A stretch of DNA of 59,254 nt, filler included, from Jimgerdemannia flammicorona (taxonomy: Eukaryota), in the NCBI GenBank assembly GCA_003990765.1. It is 3 parts of 3 records of this genome, joined end to end, with 100 filler letters (N's around TTAATTAATTAA, not from the genome) between each part and the next. Parts side by side here need not be neighbours in the genome. Positions count along the whole stretch, not along the records: positions 1 to 19,689 come from RBNJ01001873.1; 2 more parts are not named here. One strand, 5' to 3'. The position numbers and the translations under genes are program-made. This document shows, in pieces, positions 1 through 10,712 of this stretch. A model generated the notes under the pieces. That model worked only from the letters and a program-made list of their open reading frames with translations, ran no database searches and had not been told where the DNA came from. Positions within the stretch are counted from its first letter, which is position 1. Each line of letters begins with the position of its first letter.

Positions 1-88
1 GGGGGAGGGTTTTGGTCTATATAGTCTAGGTTCCCCTCCAATAAAAATCCATGAGACAAAGAGTCCGTTAAAAAAAAAAAAAAAAAAA
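1..88 (+). mobile_element. 3' end of non-autonomous poly(A) retroposon (family S), cut by window start
   Basis: ...TATATAGTCTAGG...AATAAAAATCC...GAGTCC + poly(A) at 70-88; matches the 3' ends of the copies at 220-1335, 21302-22708 and 30892-32080. Confidence 0.8.
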
Positions 89-217
89 GAGAACTCACCT
101 TTCTTACTACAAGCTAGTTTTTCTGATACAACTTTGCAGTGAAGCCAGTCTATGATACAATTCTGTCCAAATGAAGCCAGTCTTTGATGTAACTTGCCAA
201 GAACCCAAGTTAATTTC

Positions 218-256
<39 letters not shown>

Positions 257-1981
257 TCAATGTTCTGCAGATTTTTATTGAAAGAGAACCTAGACTATAT
301 AGGCCAAAACCCTCTCCCACCACCCATCAAGCACTGCTCCCTCATTAACTTAGGCTAACTATTATCTAGCAGCTCAACCATACTAGATGCAGCAGGGTCT
401 ATGTTGGCCTATATCTCATTCTGTACACCATGCTCTCCCTACTATCAAGGAAAACCCAGCCATATGCCAATGACTGAAAGTGTATGTCCGAGAACCCAAT
501 ATATATATAAGACCATGCCTGAGCTGAATAGAATAGCCTCTGCCACCTCAAAGAAAATGACAGGCAAAGAAAAAACTCTCATCAAAGCACAATATGGTGA
601 GTGGGCCTAGTTCTCTCAGTCGAGGTGAGTAAAGGGCTTATACATGAGGCAGGAGGAGACCCCCAATACCCCACTACTCAAGTCTGTAGACCTCGATCAT
701 ATTGCCATATCAGCTCCTGGTTCCAGTTGAGTATAGCCAAGATGCCTGAAATAGGTAGCCTTGGGCCCCCTGACCCCCCCTGATGACCAGGGCCTAACCC
801 ACCAAATTGCCAAAAGAAGCTAAGAGTGACACCTACCACCTAACCATACTGCATCAATCAAAAGGCCCTACTGAAGTAGTACCTGCCCCAGTCCCAACAA
901 CTGCCCCCAGCCTGACACCCTACTGGTTCACTGTTATTGCTCTTCCTTCTATCTGTGATAGCCATCTCCTCTCCCATCCTGACAACATCCAAAAAGCAGT
1001 CACCAATACCAGAACTGTGCTCACCAGGAAGCTTGCCAAAGCCAGAGGGCTCTACCATAGGTACTGAGGACCTGCAGATAACCTATACTGAGTACTTGAT
1101 ACCCAAGGTCAGCTGAATCTCTATATAGCCCAAGACAGCACCTTGTTGATAGTAGAGAAGACACTGATCAGATACTGATAAAAGGGACAACTCATCACTA
1201 TTGCCCTCCTCCAACTATGCCCATGCAGGCACAGCAAACCAACCCAAGGTAGAGGAGATAACAATAGGGAAAAAGAGACTTGGAAGGTTACTTACCAAAC
1301 CTTGTGACTAATAAGGTAGTGGAGAAAGGAGCTGGCAAGTTAATTTCTAATTGAAGCTACCATTTTCAAGTTATCTGCATTCCTAGTTAAAGCTGCTAAT
1401 TTAGAAAGAATCTATACCACCTGAGTTATTATTCCCAGAAGAGCCCATTTTATGCCATTTAAGTTTCCATATTATCCAAGTTATCTATGCCATCTGAGTT
1501 ATTTATTATTTCTAGTGAGCTCAAGTTATCAAGTTATCTACCATCAGTACAATTTTCAGTAAGAAGAACCTGCACCATTCTCTATTCCCAAACCACTGAT
1601 TTAGGAAAACCTATGCTAAATTAAGTTATCTGTCAAATTATCAGAGTGTTCCACATAAGGAGCCCATCATACTATATAGAGATCATCATGCCACACAAGA
1701 GATTATCACTCAAAAATTATATACTTTTAGAGATTATACTATACATGAATTTCTACTAATTCCCAGTTGACCCAAGAAGGAAATCCATTTATATACAAAT
1801 CACTGCTATACCCAGAGAACTATCTTAATAAAGAAATCACTTGCAGAAATCCAGCTTTAACTATTATACCACTAAACACTAAGAATATTTTATTGCTTTT
1901 AACAAAGTAACTGAGGGCTCAAGCCAAACTACATCAACCCTCAATCTTGTAATTTGCCTCTATTGAGCCAGATACATTACA
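89..1981 (+). mobile_element. Gypsy family A LTR remnant (solo or 3' LTR), interrupted by family S insertions
   Basis: 1850-1981 is the reverse complement of 24079-24230 (CTGAGGGCTCAAGCCAAACT...TTGTAATTTGCCTC...TTACA); ends in ...TTACA at 1981 with no PBS after it. Confidence 0.75.
220..1335 (-). mobile_element. Full-length ~1.1-kb non-autonomous poly(A) retroposon (family S)
   Basis: poly(T) 220-248; 14-bp TSD CAAGTTAATTTCTA at 206-219 and 1336-1349; colinear with 30892-32080. Confidence 0.9.
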
Positions 1982-2599
1982 ATAGATATGTAATAGTAAT
2001 AAAATTATTCATAGTATCAATAATATCAAATATAAAAAGTATACCAGTCTTCAGTTTGTCTCATATATCAGTAGAATGTTTTTTAAAAAATATTTCCTAT
2101 TTTATATAATCTTTTTCAAAATAATATTTGATCTGGAATAAAATTTACTAGACTTATAAATATCAATAAATATCAAATCTTATATATTATAATATTGTAA
2201 TATATTTTAGCATAGCTATACTACTAGTGCTCTGAATAGATGAAATTGATCTAGATGAGATTCAATTCAGATTCATCATATGATGGATTCAAATCAACTC
2301 AGATTGGTCTTGTGATCTGATCTGGATTGATTATATGAAATCTTTGATAACATCACCCTTTCTTTTTGTTCATTTTTTGCTCTGTTTTTTTTTTTTCTTT
2401 TTTTTTTTTTCTTTTTTTTTTTTTTCTACTATACTTTGGTGATATCTCTCTTTTTTTTATTCCCTCTCTTCTTTTGTTTTTTCTTTATTTTTTTTCTTTA
2501 TTTTTTTTCTTTTCTACCATATTATAAGCAAACAAAACAGTAGTTCTTAATTGTATATTGGTCCAGTCTACTCATTTTTTTTACCCTGCAATTATCATC

Positions 2600-4640
2600 A
2601 AAAGAGAGAGTATTTGAGGTGGAAATATACTCTCTGCTGACAATGTTAGCTTCTTTCTCATATGGGCAATATACAAGCTACTCATTGAGAGCAAAAGGAG
2701 TAATAGTAGTGATAATGGAAATAGTGATAGTGGTAGCAATGGCAGGGATGAGGGAAAATTCCAGCAACAACTTATGGTGGCCCTTCAGATCTTGGAATTT
2801 ACAGACCTCATAGCTATATATGTGGTAGCCTTTTTGGAGTAGCTGATAGTAGATGTAGATTGCTCATTCTGCTGCTACTTGTTTACTTGTATTTACTTTT
2901 TTAATTTCCCCCAGTATGATCCAATTCACCTTATGCTTTTCTTAGGGTCCACAGCTCTATGGTAAGATCTGTCAACTTTATTCATAACATCTGATCAAGA
3001 TGAAGAAAGGCTGGTGGATGTTATAGAGTATGTCTTTGATGGCTGAGCTGTTGAGTCAATATATTACATAGTGGAGGTCTCAAAAAGAATAGAAGCAAGC
3101 CTTCATGAGCAATCTTATATAACTCATTAGTATGCAACTTACTCACTCATACTCTTTTTCTGAAATACCCATCTTAATGTTTTATTTAACTTTATTTTTA
3201 TATAGTCTCCCCTAAAAATACCTACATGATACCTATATACAATCTGTCTATATACAACCTGTCTGCATGCAACCCATCTACATACAACCTGTCCACATAT
3301 AACCCATCCATACACAACCTATCTATATACAACTCATCTATACAAAATCTATTCATATACAACTCACCTGTATGCAACTCATCTGCATACTTATATATCT
3401 CAGACCCTCAGATTAGGGCTCAGTTCTATTGGAAAAGAGAGTTCAAAGTTACTCAAGTTCAATCATATCTGGTATCTAATCAAATAGAGAAATTCAAGAG
3501 TAAGATATTCAGCATAAGTAGTATCAGTATCATCATCAAGGCTTGGGAGTCTATATTTGAATCAGAGTCAATCATTCTTAACTAAGGGGTCTATTGGTCA
3601 GCAAGAGTAATTAATGATAAAGAGAACATATCATTATTAATAATCATAGAGAGGTGGTTGTGATGATAGTAAGGAACCTCTATAGTAATAAGCTTTGCCA
3701 CCACATTAATGAGATTTGTAAGAATTGCATCAAATATTAGATAGTAGGAAAGAGAGTGCAAAAAAAGCAAGAAGGGGAGATTTGGACAGAAATTGAGTAT
3801 ACTACAACACTGGCAAAGAGTGAGTTCCAGAGTTCTAAAATCTTCTACACTTGTCTCTCTTTTTTTTTTTCTCCTTTCTAGATAATCACTCTCTTTGCCA
3901 ACATACTTTTTTTAATATAATTCCAGAGATACACAAGATTCTGTATCTCTCCTGGAACTTTAAAAGTACCATCAAAGAGCAAACTACATGTAAGTATAAT
4001 ATAGTCTATACAGTAATAGTAGCTATGATCTGGAGTTCTTTGAGCAGATTGGTAAAGTATATAATAGACCAGCTTAGTGGTGATCTCAGTATGGCTGTAT
4101 ATATATTCTTGGTACAATTTAGCATAATATATGAGGTGAGGAGCTCTGCTTTTTTAGTGCTGCAGCCTGGGGGATTTCTGTGGTCTAGAGGGTTTCTGCC
4201 CCTCTGCATACAAAAAGGACTGACTGGATACTATCCATTTTGGCAGGTTTTCAAGCTGGGGCTCCCAGGGTTGGACTAAGAACAGACATCCACCAGCACA
4301 GCCTAGCAGTATAAGATTCTGGACCAAGGGTTCACCCAATTATTATCTGGTATAACATTTCTCTACCCACATATATAGATAACAACATCACTCTAATAAT
4401 GTTTTATATTTCAGAAAGGAAGGGCCTAATCTGGGAGAATAGTAGTAGAGTCTGATATAATCTCACCTATAGTTTCAGAGTCCTGTTTGTGGTCAAAATA
4501 GCTGTTCCATTTCAACCACACAACTACCATAGTACTATTGTCTTCAAGGAGAGCTTGGACACAATAATTGTCATACTTACAACAGATGATAGACTCATTA
4601 AGGCCTGGGACCAGTGGGTGGAGCAGTTTTTATGAGGGTT
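2600..4640 (+). pseudogene. Decayed unidentified (probably spliced) cargo gene inside the hAT element, convergent with the transposase
   Basis: Protein-like frames (GNILSADNVSFFLIWAIYKLLIES...FQQQLMVALQILEF; DEERLVDVIEYVFDG; LSYLQQMIDSLRPG) broken by transition-type stops; the same blocks are retained in copy 2 (36790-38570). Confidence 0.4.
3230..3390. repeat. 15-bp tandem repeat (TACAACCTGTCTATA-like)
   Basis: About 10 degenerate units; source of the YNLSI repeat in ORF 3226..3585. Confidence 0.75.
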
Positions 4641-4875
4641 AGGTAATCTTTTATAAGGGTATGATAGTCATTTTGTATAGATTGAGCAGTCTTTTTGTGA
4701 GGGGTAGTGCTAGCAGCTGAGTGCCTTCTCTGTAGTACTAGTTTAGCTATTATATCAGATCCTACTGGCTCCCTGGCTCTGCTCTGTAGTGCCACTGATG
4801 TAGTGCTGCAGTACAGGACCAGGGTGCTCATAAGATCTGAACTAGTGACAAAGTCTGAATCTATAGTAGACTTCA

Positions 4876-5500
4876 ACTACCAGAAGCACTCTCTAACTAC
4901 CAGAAATACCCTCTAACCACCAGAAGCACTCTCAGACTGCCAGAAGTACCCTCTGACTGCCAGAAGCACACTCTGACCTGGACTCAGACTCTTTAGTGGC
5001 TTGGGGTTGTCTCTTTGCTACTAGTAGAGAGTCACAAATTTTGTGCACTCTCTCCACCAACTCTACCAACTCTCAGCCTAGACACAGGCTGCTTGGGGGT
5101 ATCCTATACTACTGGTGGAGGGCTGTAAATTTTGTATACTCCCTCCACCTATCCTGTCCCCTCCACCTACCCTACCCCTCCTACCAACCTCTCTGACCTA
5201 GACACTTATGGCTTGGGGCTACTTCTTGCTGCTGGCAGAGAGCTGTAGATTTTGTATACTCCCTCTACTGACCCTGCTCCCTCTGCTTACTCCACTCCTC
5301 CCACCAACCCCCCTGACCTGGATACTTGTGGCTTGGGGCTGTCTCTTATTGCTAGCAGAGAGTTACAAATTTTGCACACTCTCTCTACTGACCCCATGAC
5401 TACTAACTCTGCCTACCAACCTTGGTACTGATAGCTTGGGACTGCTCCTTACTGCTGATAAAGGACCACAAATTATGTGTCCTCTCTCCACTACTACTAA
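4876..5500. repeat. 20-bp tandem repeat (AACTACCAGAAGCACTCTCT x5) followed by ~100-120-bp repeats containing GGCTTGGGG
   Basis: Direct inspection; lies between the cargo gene and the transposase 3' end. Confidence 0.75.
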
Positions 5501-5639
5501 TCTCACTGACCACTGCCCCACTTGGGCTGCAAACTCTAGACTAAGTTCAAAGTTTTTTTTTTTCTTTTATTTTTAAGACCAATTAACTTATCTACAAACC
5601 CCAAGATCTACTAAATTTTAGCAGTCCAAGTCCCACTAA

Positions 5640-7750
5640 GATTTCAGACATACATATATATGCCCAAATTGTCTCAGTATTCAGCACACACCTCTTAGGA
5701 GCAATGAGATCTATCCTACTTAAGAACACCTACTCAACAGGAGTACTAGTGGCAGGAATCACCAGATAGTTCTGAGCCATACTATATAGACTGGAGAAGT
5801 CCATTTGATATAGCTGTGGCCATATGCTCTAGTGGGTAGAGCAGTGGTTAGAATAGTGGTTAGGTTGGTGGATTAAATTGGTCCAATACAACCAACCACC
5901 TGTCTGACAACCCACCTTCTACCAATTGAGCACCTCTATGCTCTTCAGCAGGATCACATGGTCACTGGCAAGATAAATAGTGAGTTTATCTATTGATGGT
6001 AGCTCTTCCACTAATAGCTCTCTCTTCCTCTTTCTGCTGAAGTAAATGTAGAATAGGAGAGATCTCTTGGCATATTCATCTGGACTTTGGCTGGAACCTT
6101 ATAGTGGTACATAGTTTTTCCAGTATATTTCAATTACAGCCTACTTGGTTCCCTCAATGAAGTGCTGCTCCCAGCCCTGATATTTATAGTATTGTAGCTT
6201 TAAGTGTGGATTCAGTACTGTTTAAAGAAAGAAGAGTGAGTTTTTGTGAGAGTTTCTCTGTTTTGGAAGGGGTAATGGCTACATACCAACATATCTGTAC
6301 TGATTGAGTATATGGTTGTATCTGTTTGGAAGTAGTATTTCTGAGCTTGCTTAGAGCAACCTCTATGGTGTCTCTCTGATCCAGGCTTAATCATAAATCA
6401 CCACAACCCTCTAGCCTATCCTTGAGCTTATCCTCTAGCTAGTCAATCAGAAGGTTGTATACTGATATTGCAGAGCTTATTGTTGGCATCATTTGTTTGA
6501 CTATATCCTTCATATAATTGTCAAAACACTGGCAGTTATATGCAGTGAGATATTATATTATATAGAGATAGACAAAATGAGTATAGAGTTAGAGCAATTA
6601 CAATATTCCTAAGTACATCCCACTCACTTTCACCTAGAGCCTCATCCTACATTTTCTTGTTGACAGCAACCATTGAATCTATTGGCCTTTTTTGTTTTTG
6701 GTTTTTTTTTTTAAAAAAAAAAAAAACTTCAATCATCTAAAATAAGTTACTTTAGCCAACTAAAGAAAAAGAATACATACTATAGCAAACTCCAGTATAC
6801 ACTAGATCATTGCAAATATTGAGTTCCAACATATACAGATATCTAATATAAGCTCTTTCAGGGCTAAACTGATTGCTCTATATAATACAACAAATTTGTC
6901 TTATTATTGTGGGGATGATTGGACCAATACACTCAGTTTGTACAGCTTGGAAACTATACTCAGGGCCCCTCCTCTCTCAGATGTTTTGTCTATATATATA
7001 AGATAGTCCTGAACAGCAAGGTTCAGTATATGGGCCTGGTATTATATATGGTAGCTTTCTATACTGAAGGTCACATTTTCCTATTTAAGGCTGACTGCTA
7101 AAACTTGGAAAAATATTGAGTTATTTGTAGCATTATCTGTTGTAATGGCCAAAATCTGTACTTGAAATATTTGGTCAGCAAATTTATGCAAAAATAAATA
7201 ACCAATAAAATCTGTTTTGTTTTAGAATCTTTCTCAAAATGCTGACCTGATGGCAAGCCCCCCTTTTTTACCTTAGTTGTGATCACAAGCTCCCAGATAT
7301 AACTAATAAAAGCATCTGCAATATTGTCTCCAGAATGAGGGCCAGCAAGTTTGATAAAGTCAAGAGTGAGAGATTTAAGCTGCTAATCAAGGTCAATCTA
7401 ATAACTGGTAATACCTAGAAATGAAATTGCATTGGAAGATATCTATGTATTAATCATAAATGAAATTTTGCCTGCCAAATTCTACTTATTGAATGTGAGA
7501 TTAAATTGGTGAGCTCTTTATAAATATATATATAATTTAGCTTACAAAGGTCATGGTACTGCTCTTATTTATTTATTTTACCTAAAGTATCTGATGGAGA
7601 TTGTCATGCTCCTTCCTATAGACCTTCAGGACATCTTTACAAATATATCAGTACTTGGCAAATATAAATCATACTTGAGGAGACTAAAGATACTATGCAA
7701 TTGATCACTCTTAATGGTTATAAATAGCTGGTCTATATCCCTTTGACTGT
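5640..7750 (-). pseudogene. hAT transposase pseudogene (spliced)
   Basis: KISF...SSNAISFLGITSY.ID...LDFIKLAGPHSGDNIA; ILAITTDNATNN; AHILNLAVQ; ELILD...WNS; C-terminal dimerisation motif MAQNYLVIPATSTPVE.VF. Confidence 0.9.
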
Positions 7751-7995
7751 TTTGTACCTATATTTAGAGGCAAGATTTTAAAAGTTTATAACTTTTAAAA
7801 TCATAATAGCTTTTAAAAAAAAATTTACCAATAATTTTTTATATAATAATTCTACCTTTGGTAAAAATTTTACAAAATTTTTTTTTTTTGTTTTTAAACA
7901 AATTGAGATATATTTTTAACAGAAAAACAATGTTTCAAAAAATCATTTTTTTCAAACTTTAATTTGTCTGCTAAATTATTTTAAAAGACGATCTT

Positions 7996-10711
7996 ATCTA
8001 CAGACAAAGAGATAGATATAGTACTTAGTGCCTTACTGAGTCAGAATGCAGTCATATAGTATAAGTGTGATCTGACATATGTATCAAGAGATTATCTGAC
8101 TGCTGAGTCAGTTCACAGTTATATTATATAAGACTAATCTAACTATACTATACCTGCTAAGCTATTTATAGATTAAATACTGTTTGATGATATTACTATT
8201 GATGACATCATCTCTAGCAAAGTCTGAGCAGTTTTTTGACTTCTGATATTATCAGTTTTAAAGGTGTCATTACCTCTATCTCTTGTAAAATTAAGGCTGT
8301 CCTTGGTGGTAGTGGTTGTATAAGGATAACAGGTCTTAGTTCTTTTTTTTTTTAGGCTACTGGTGTATTTATAAGGACTGGCCATCCTTGTCTAAGGTGA
8401 GGGCTTCCAATATTGCAGCTGGGAGTTCAAACCTTTCAGAAATGATATTTTCTGTAATCTAAGGTAATTTCTATTAGTAATATCTGTCATGTGGATGGGC
8501 TTGAGATTGGTTTTAATAATGTCAGCTTTCTTGAGTTCAGATGAAGTATCTGTCATTCTCCAATAGAGGTGATATAGATAGAGTAAACAGAATTGTTCAA
8601 ATGTATTTTACTTCTACTAAGTAATGAGATCTTTATATAGTTGCAGTATCTCTTAGTCTTAAGTTAATAAGTACAGTTCATAAACCTTTAGTAGATAAGA
8701 GAGGTTCTTCTCATCTTGGTTTGAGTTTGGTACTTTTGGTTTCTTTTTATAATAGTATAGTATACCAAACTAGTTATAGAGTTAGTCTGGTTATAGTACT
8801 TCTTCTGGTATTCTTGTATCTTGGCAGTAGATTCTCATGCTTACTAGTATATTTTGTATAACTAGGTGATCTCTTCAGTAACTTGTTTTGTAGTCTTATA
8901 TGTGATTTCTGAATTGGTTCTGAGAATGACATGTAATTTTGGTGGCTTAGAGGTTATGTGCTTACAACTCTCCCCTTCTTAGCTTTCAATGTCCTTGTCA
9001 AGGTCTTCTAATTTGATCTAGTATTGTTATACTATTTGGATGGTTCTTGTGGCTGTGTTTGTTGAGGATTTGTTCAACTTTGTATTCTTCTTAGTTATTA
9101 ATAATGATAGGTGCAGGTGGTTCTATGGTTCAGTTCAGAAATATGTCTTAGAATTTCTGGAGTAGGGGTCTAACATGGCTGTCAACTTTGGAAAAATCTT
9201 CTTCAGAGTTCTCAGGTTCTCCTTTGGATGAGCAGATGGAGATAGCAAAGAGAGGGTATTTCTTGGCCAATTTCTTGAGCTGTAGCTTGTTGATTTGAGT
9301 GATCTTTGGTCCAGAGTCACTAGAGCTGAGTGGGTCCTTTTTACCTTACAGTTTGAAGTTGTGATGTCCTTTCTTAATAGTCAGAGAATGGTTTATCCAA
9401 TAAATCATAGGGTTCTCTTATTTTAACCATAGAGTTCCAAGGATGATTTCATTATCAGGAAGTAGTACTATCTGGAGGGTAACATATACTTGGTAGTTAC
9501 CAATTTGGAAGGATAAGTGTAGACTTCCTTACTAATGATATGTGAGGTTCCATCAGCTTGAGTTTATTATACCAGAGATGTCAGGACTTTGAGTCTATTG
9601 GCTATTTCTTCATTGATGAAGTTGTCTGAGGCACCACTGTCTATTATAATCTTGACAGATGCTTGGTTGACAAAAGCTTGTAGTATAAGCAGTTTATCTA
9701 ATCTGATATTAGTGATTTTGATTGTAAGAGCTTTTCTTCTATTGGTTCTTCTTTGGGCCAGTTTGTTGATACAAAAGAAGCAATTGTTGATTATTTGGAA
9801 AGAGTACATTCTAATATCAAGGAGATATTAGTTACTTGGTATATATCTATATTCAATTTTCTTATAAAATTGTTCTTCTTTATTTATGGTAAGTTGGGCT
9901 GGGGCCTTGTTTAATGAGCCAAATCCTTTAGATCCTCAGATAGTGGGTAGTAGCTCAGAGACTTCTTTAATGGTCAAGGTTGATTCAATTTTCTCAAATA
10001 GGATCTGTATAATACAGAAACCAATAGAGATCTTGAAGGGTGTCCAACTATGGTTTCAGATAAGAATGATGATTTCACCTATGCAATCTTTGTCAATGAC
10101 TCCTCCTTCTACTGAGAGTTCTTTCAGTGCTAGGCTGTTACAACAGTATATTCTTCCAACATATCCTTCAGAGATTTAGATGCTGATTCCTATATAGACT
10201 TACTTGATTTCTCAGTTAGAGACTATAGCTTCTTTGGCTATATATAGGTCATATCCAGCTACCTTTTGACTTCCTTTGACTAGGGCCTTGGCAGTTTGCC
10301 TTAACTTGACAAAGTTTAGTATTCTGGTATTCAGGTTATTGAGGTGGTGCAGAGTAGTAACAGTAGCTCATATTGCTGTTTGGGGTTTTTGGTTAGGGCA
10401 GACACTGGTCATATATCCTGTCTTTCAGCAATAGAAGTATGCTCTGCTTCTTTGAAGTTCATTTCTTTCTTCTTTGGTGAGTTTCTTAAAGGTACTTGGC
10501 TGGGTGGGTTTATGATTTCTGGGTGTCTATGAGGTGGATGTGGAGGGAGCTCAGGATGCTTCATACTTGGGTTCTTCTTTCTTGATCTAAGTCTTTTTCT
10601 TATTGCTGAATTGTCTTCAGGGCAGAATTGGTCCAGCTGTTAGGATTCACTTGACCATAGTCTTGATTCTGGCCTGGCACTATTATTGGTAGTCACAACC
10701 AACTGGATATC
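7996..10711 (-). mobile_element. Gypsy family B, internally deleted copy: gag zinc knuckle - dUTPase - protease - (no RT/RH/IN) - PPT - LTR
   Basis: Decayed CCHC (AYFYC*KTGYMTSVCP ~10400-10445); protease IIDSGASDNFI ~9620-9650; PPT AAGAAGGGGAGAGT then LTR start TGTAAG at 8966, matching 45949-45970; 7996-8230 matches LTR-B at 47290-47470 and 48110-48340. Confidence 0.8.
9910..10315 (-). pseudogene. dUTPase domain between gag zinc knuckle and protease
   Basis: FVKLRQTAKALVKGSQKVAGYDLY...EGYVGRI...VEGGVIDKDCIGEI...TI*GSKGFGS: trimeric dUTPase motifs 1, 3 and 5 are clear. Confidence 0.88.
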
Positions 10712-10712
10712 C

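Larger units (their letters stand above)
2225..7750 (-). mobile_element. hAT-superfamily DNA transposon, copy 1 (one terminus visible)
   Basis: Terminus TAGTGCTCTGAATAGA at 2225 followed by short subterminal repeats; contains a hAT transposase; reverse-complement copy at 34675-38910. Confidence 0.85.
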
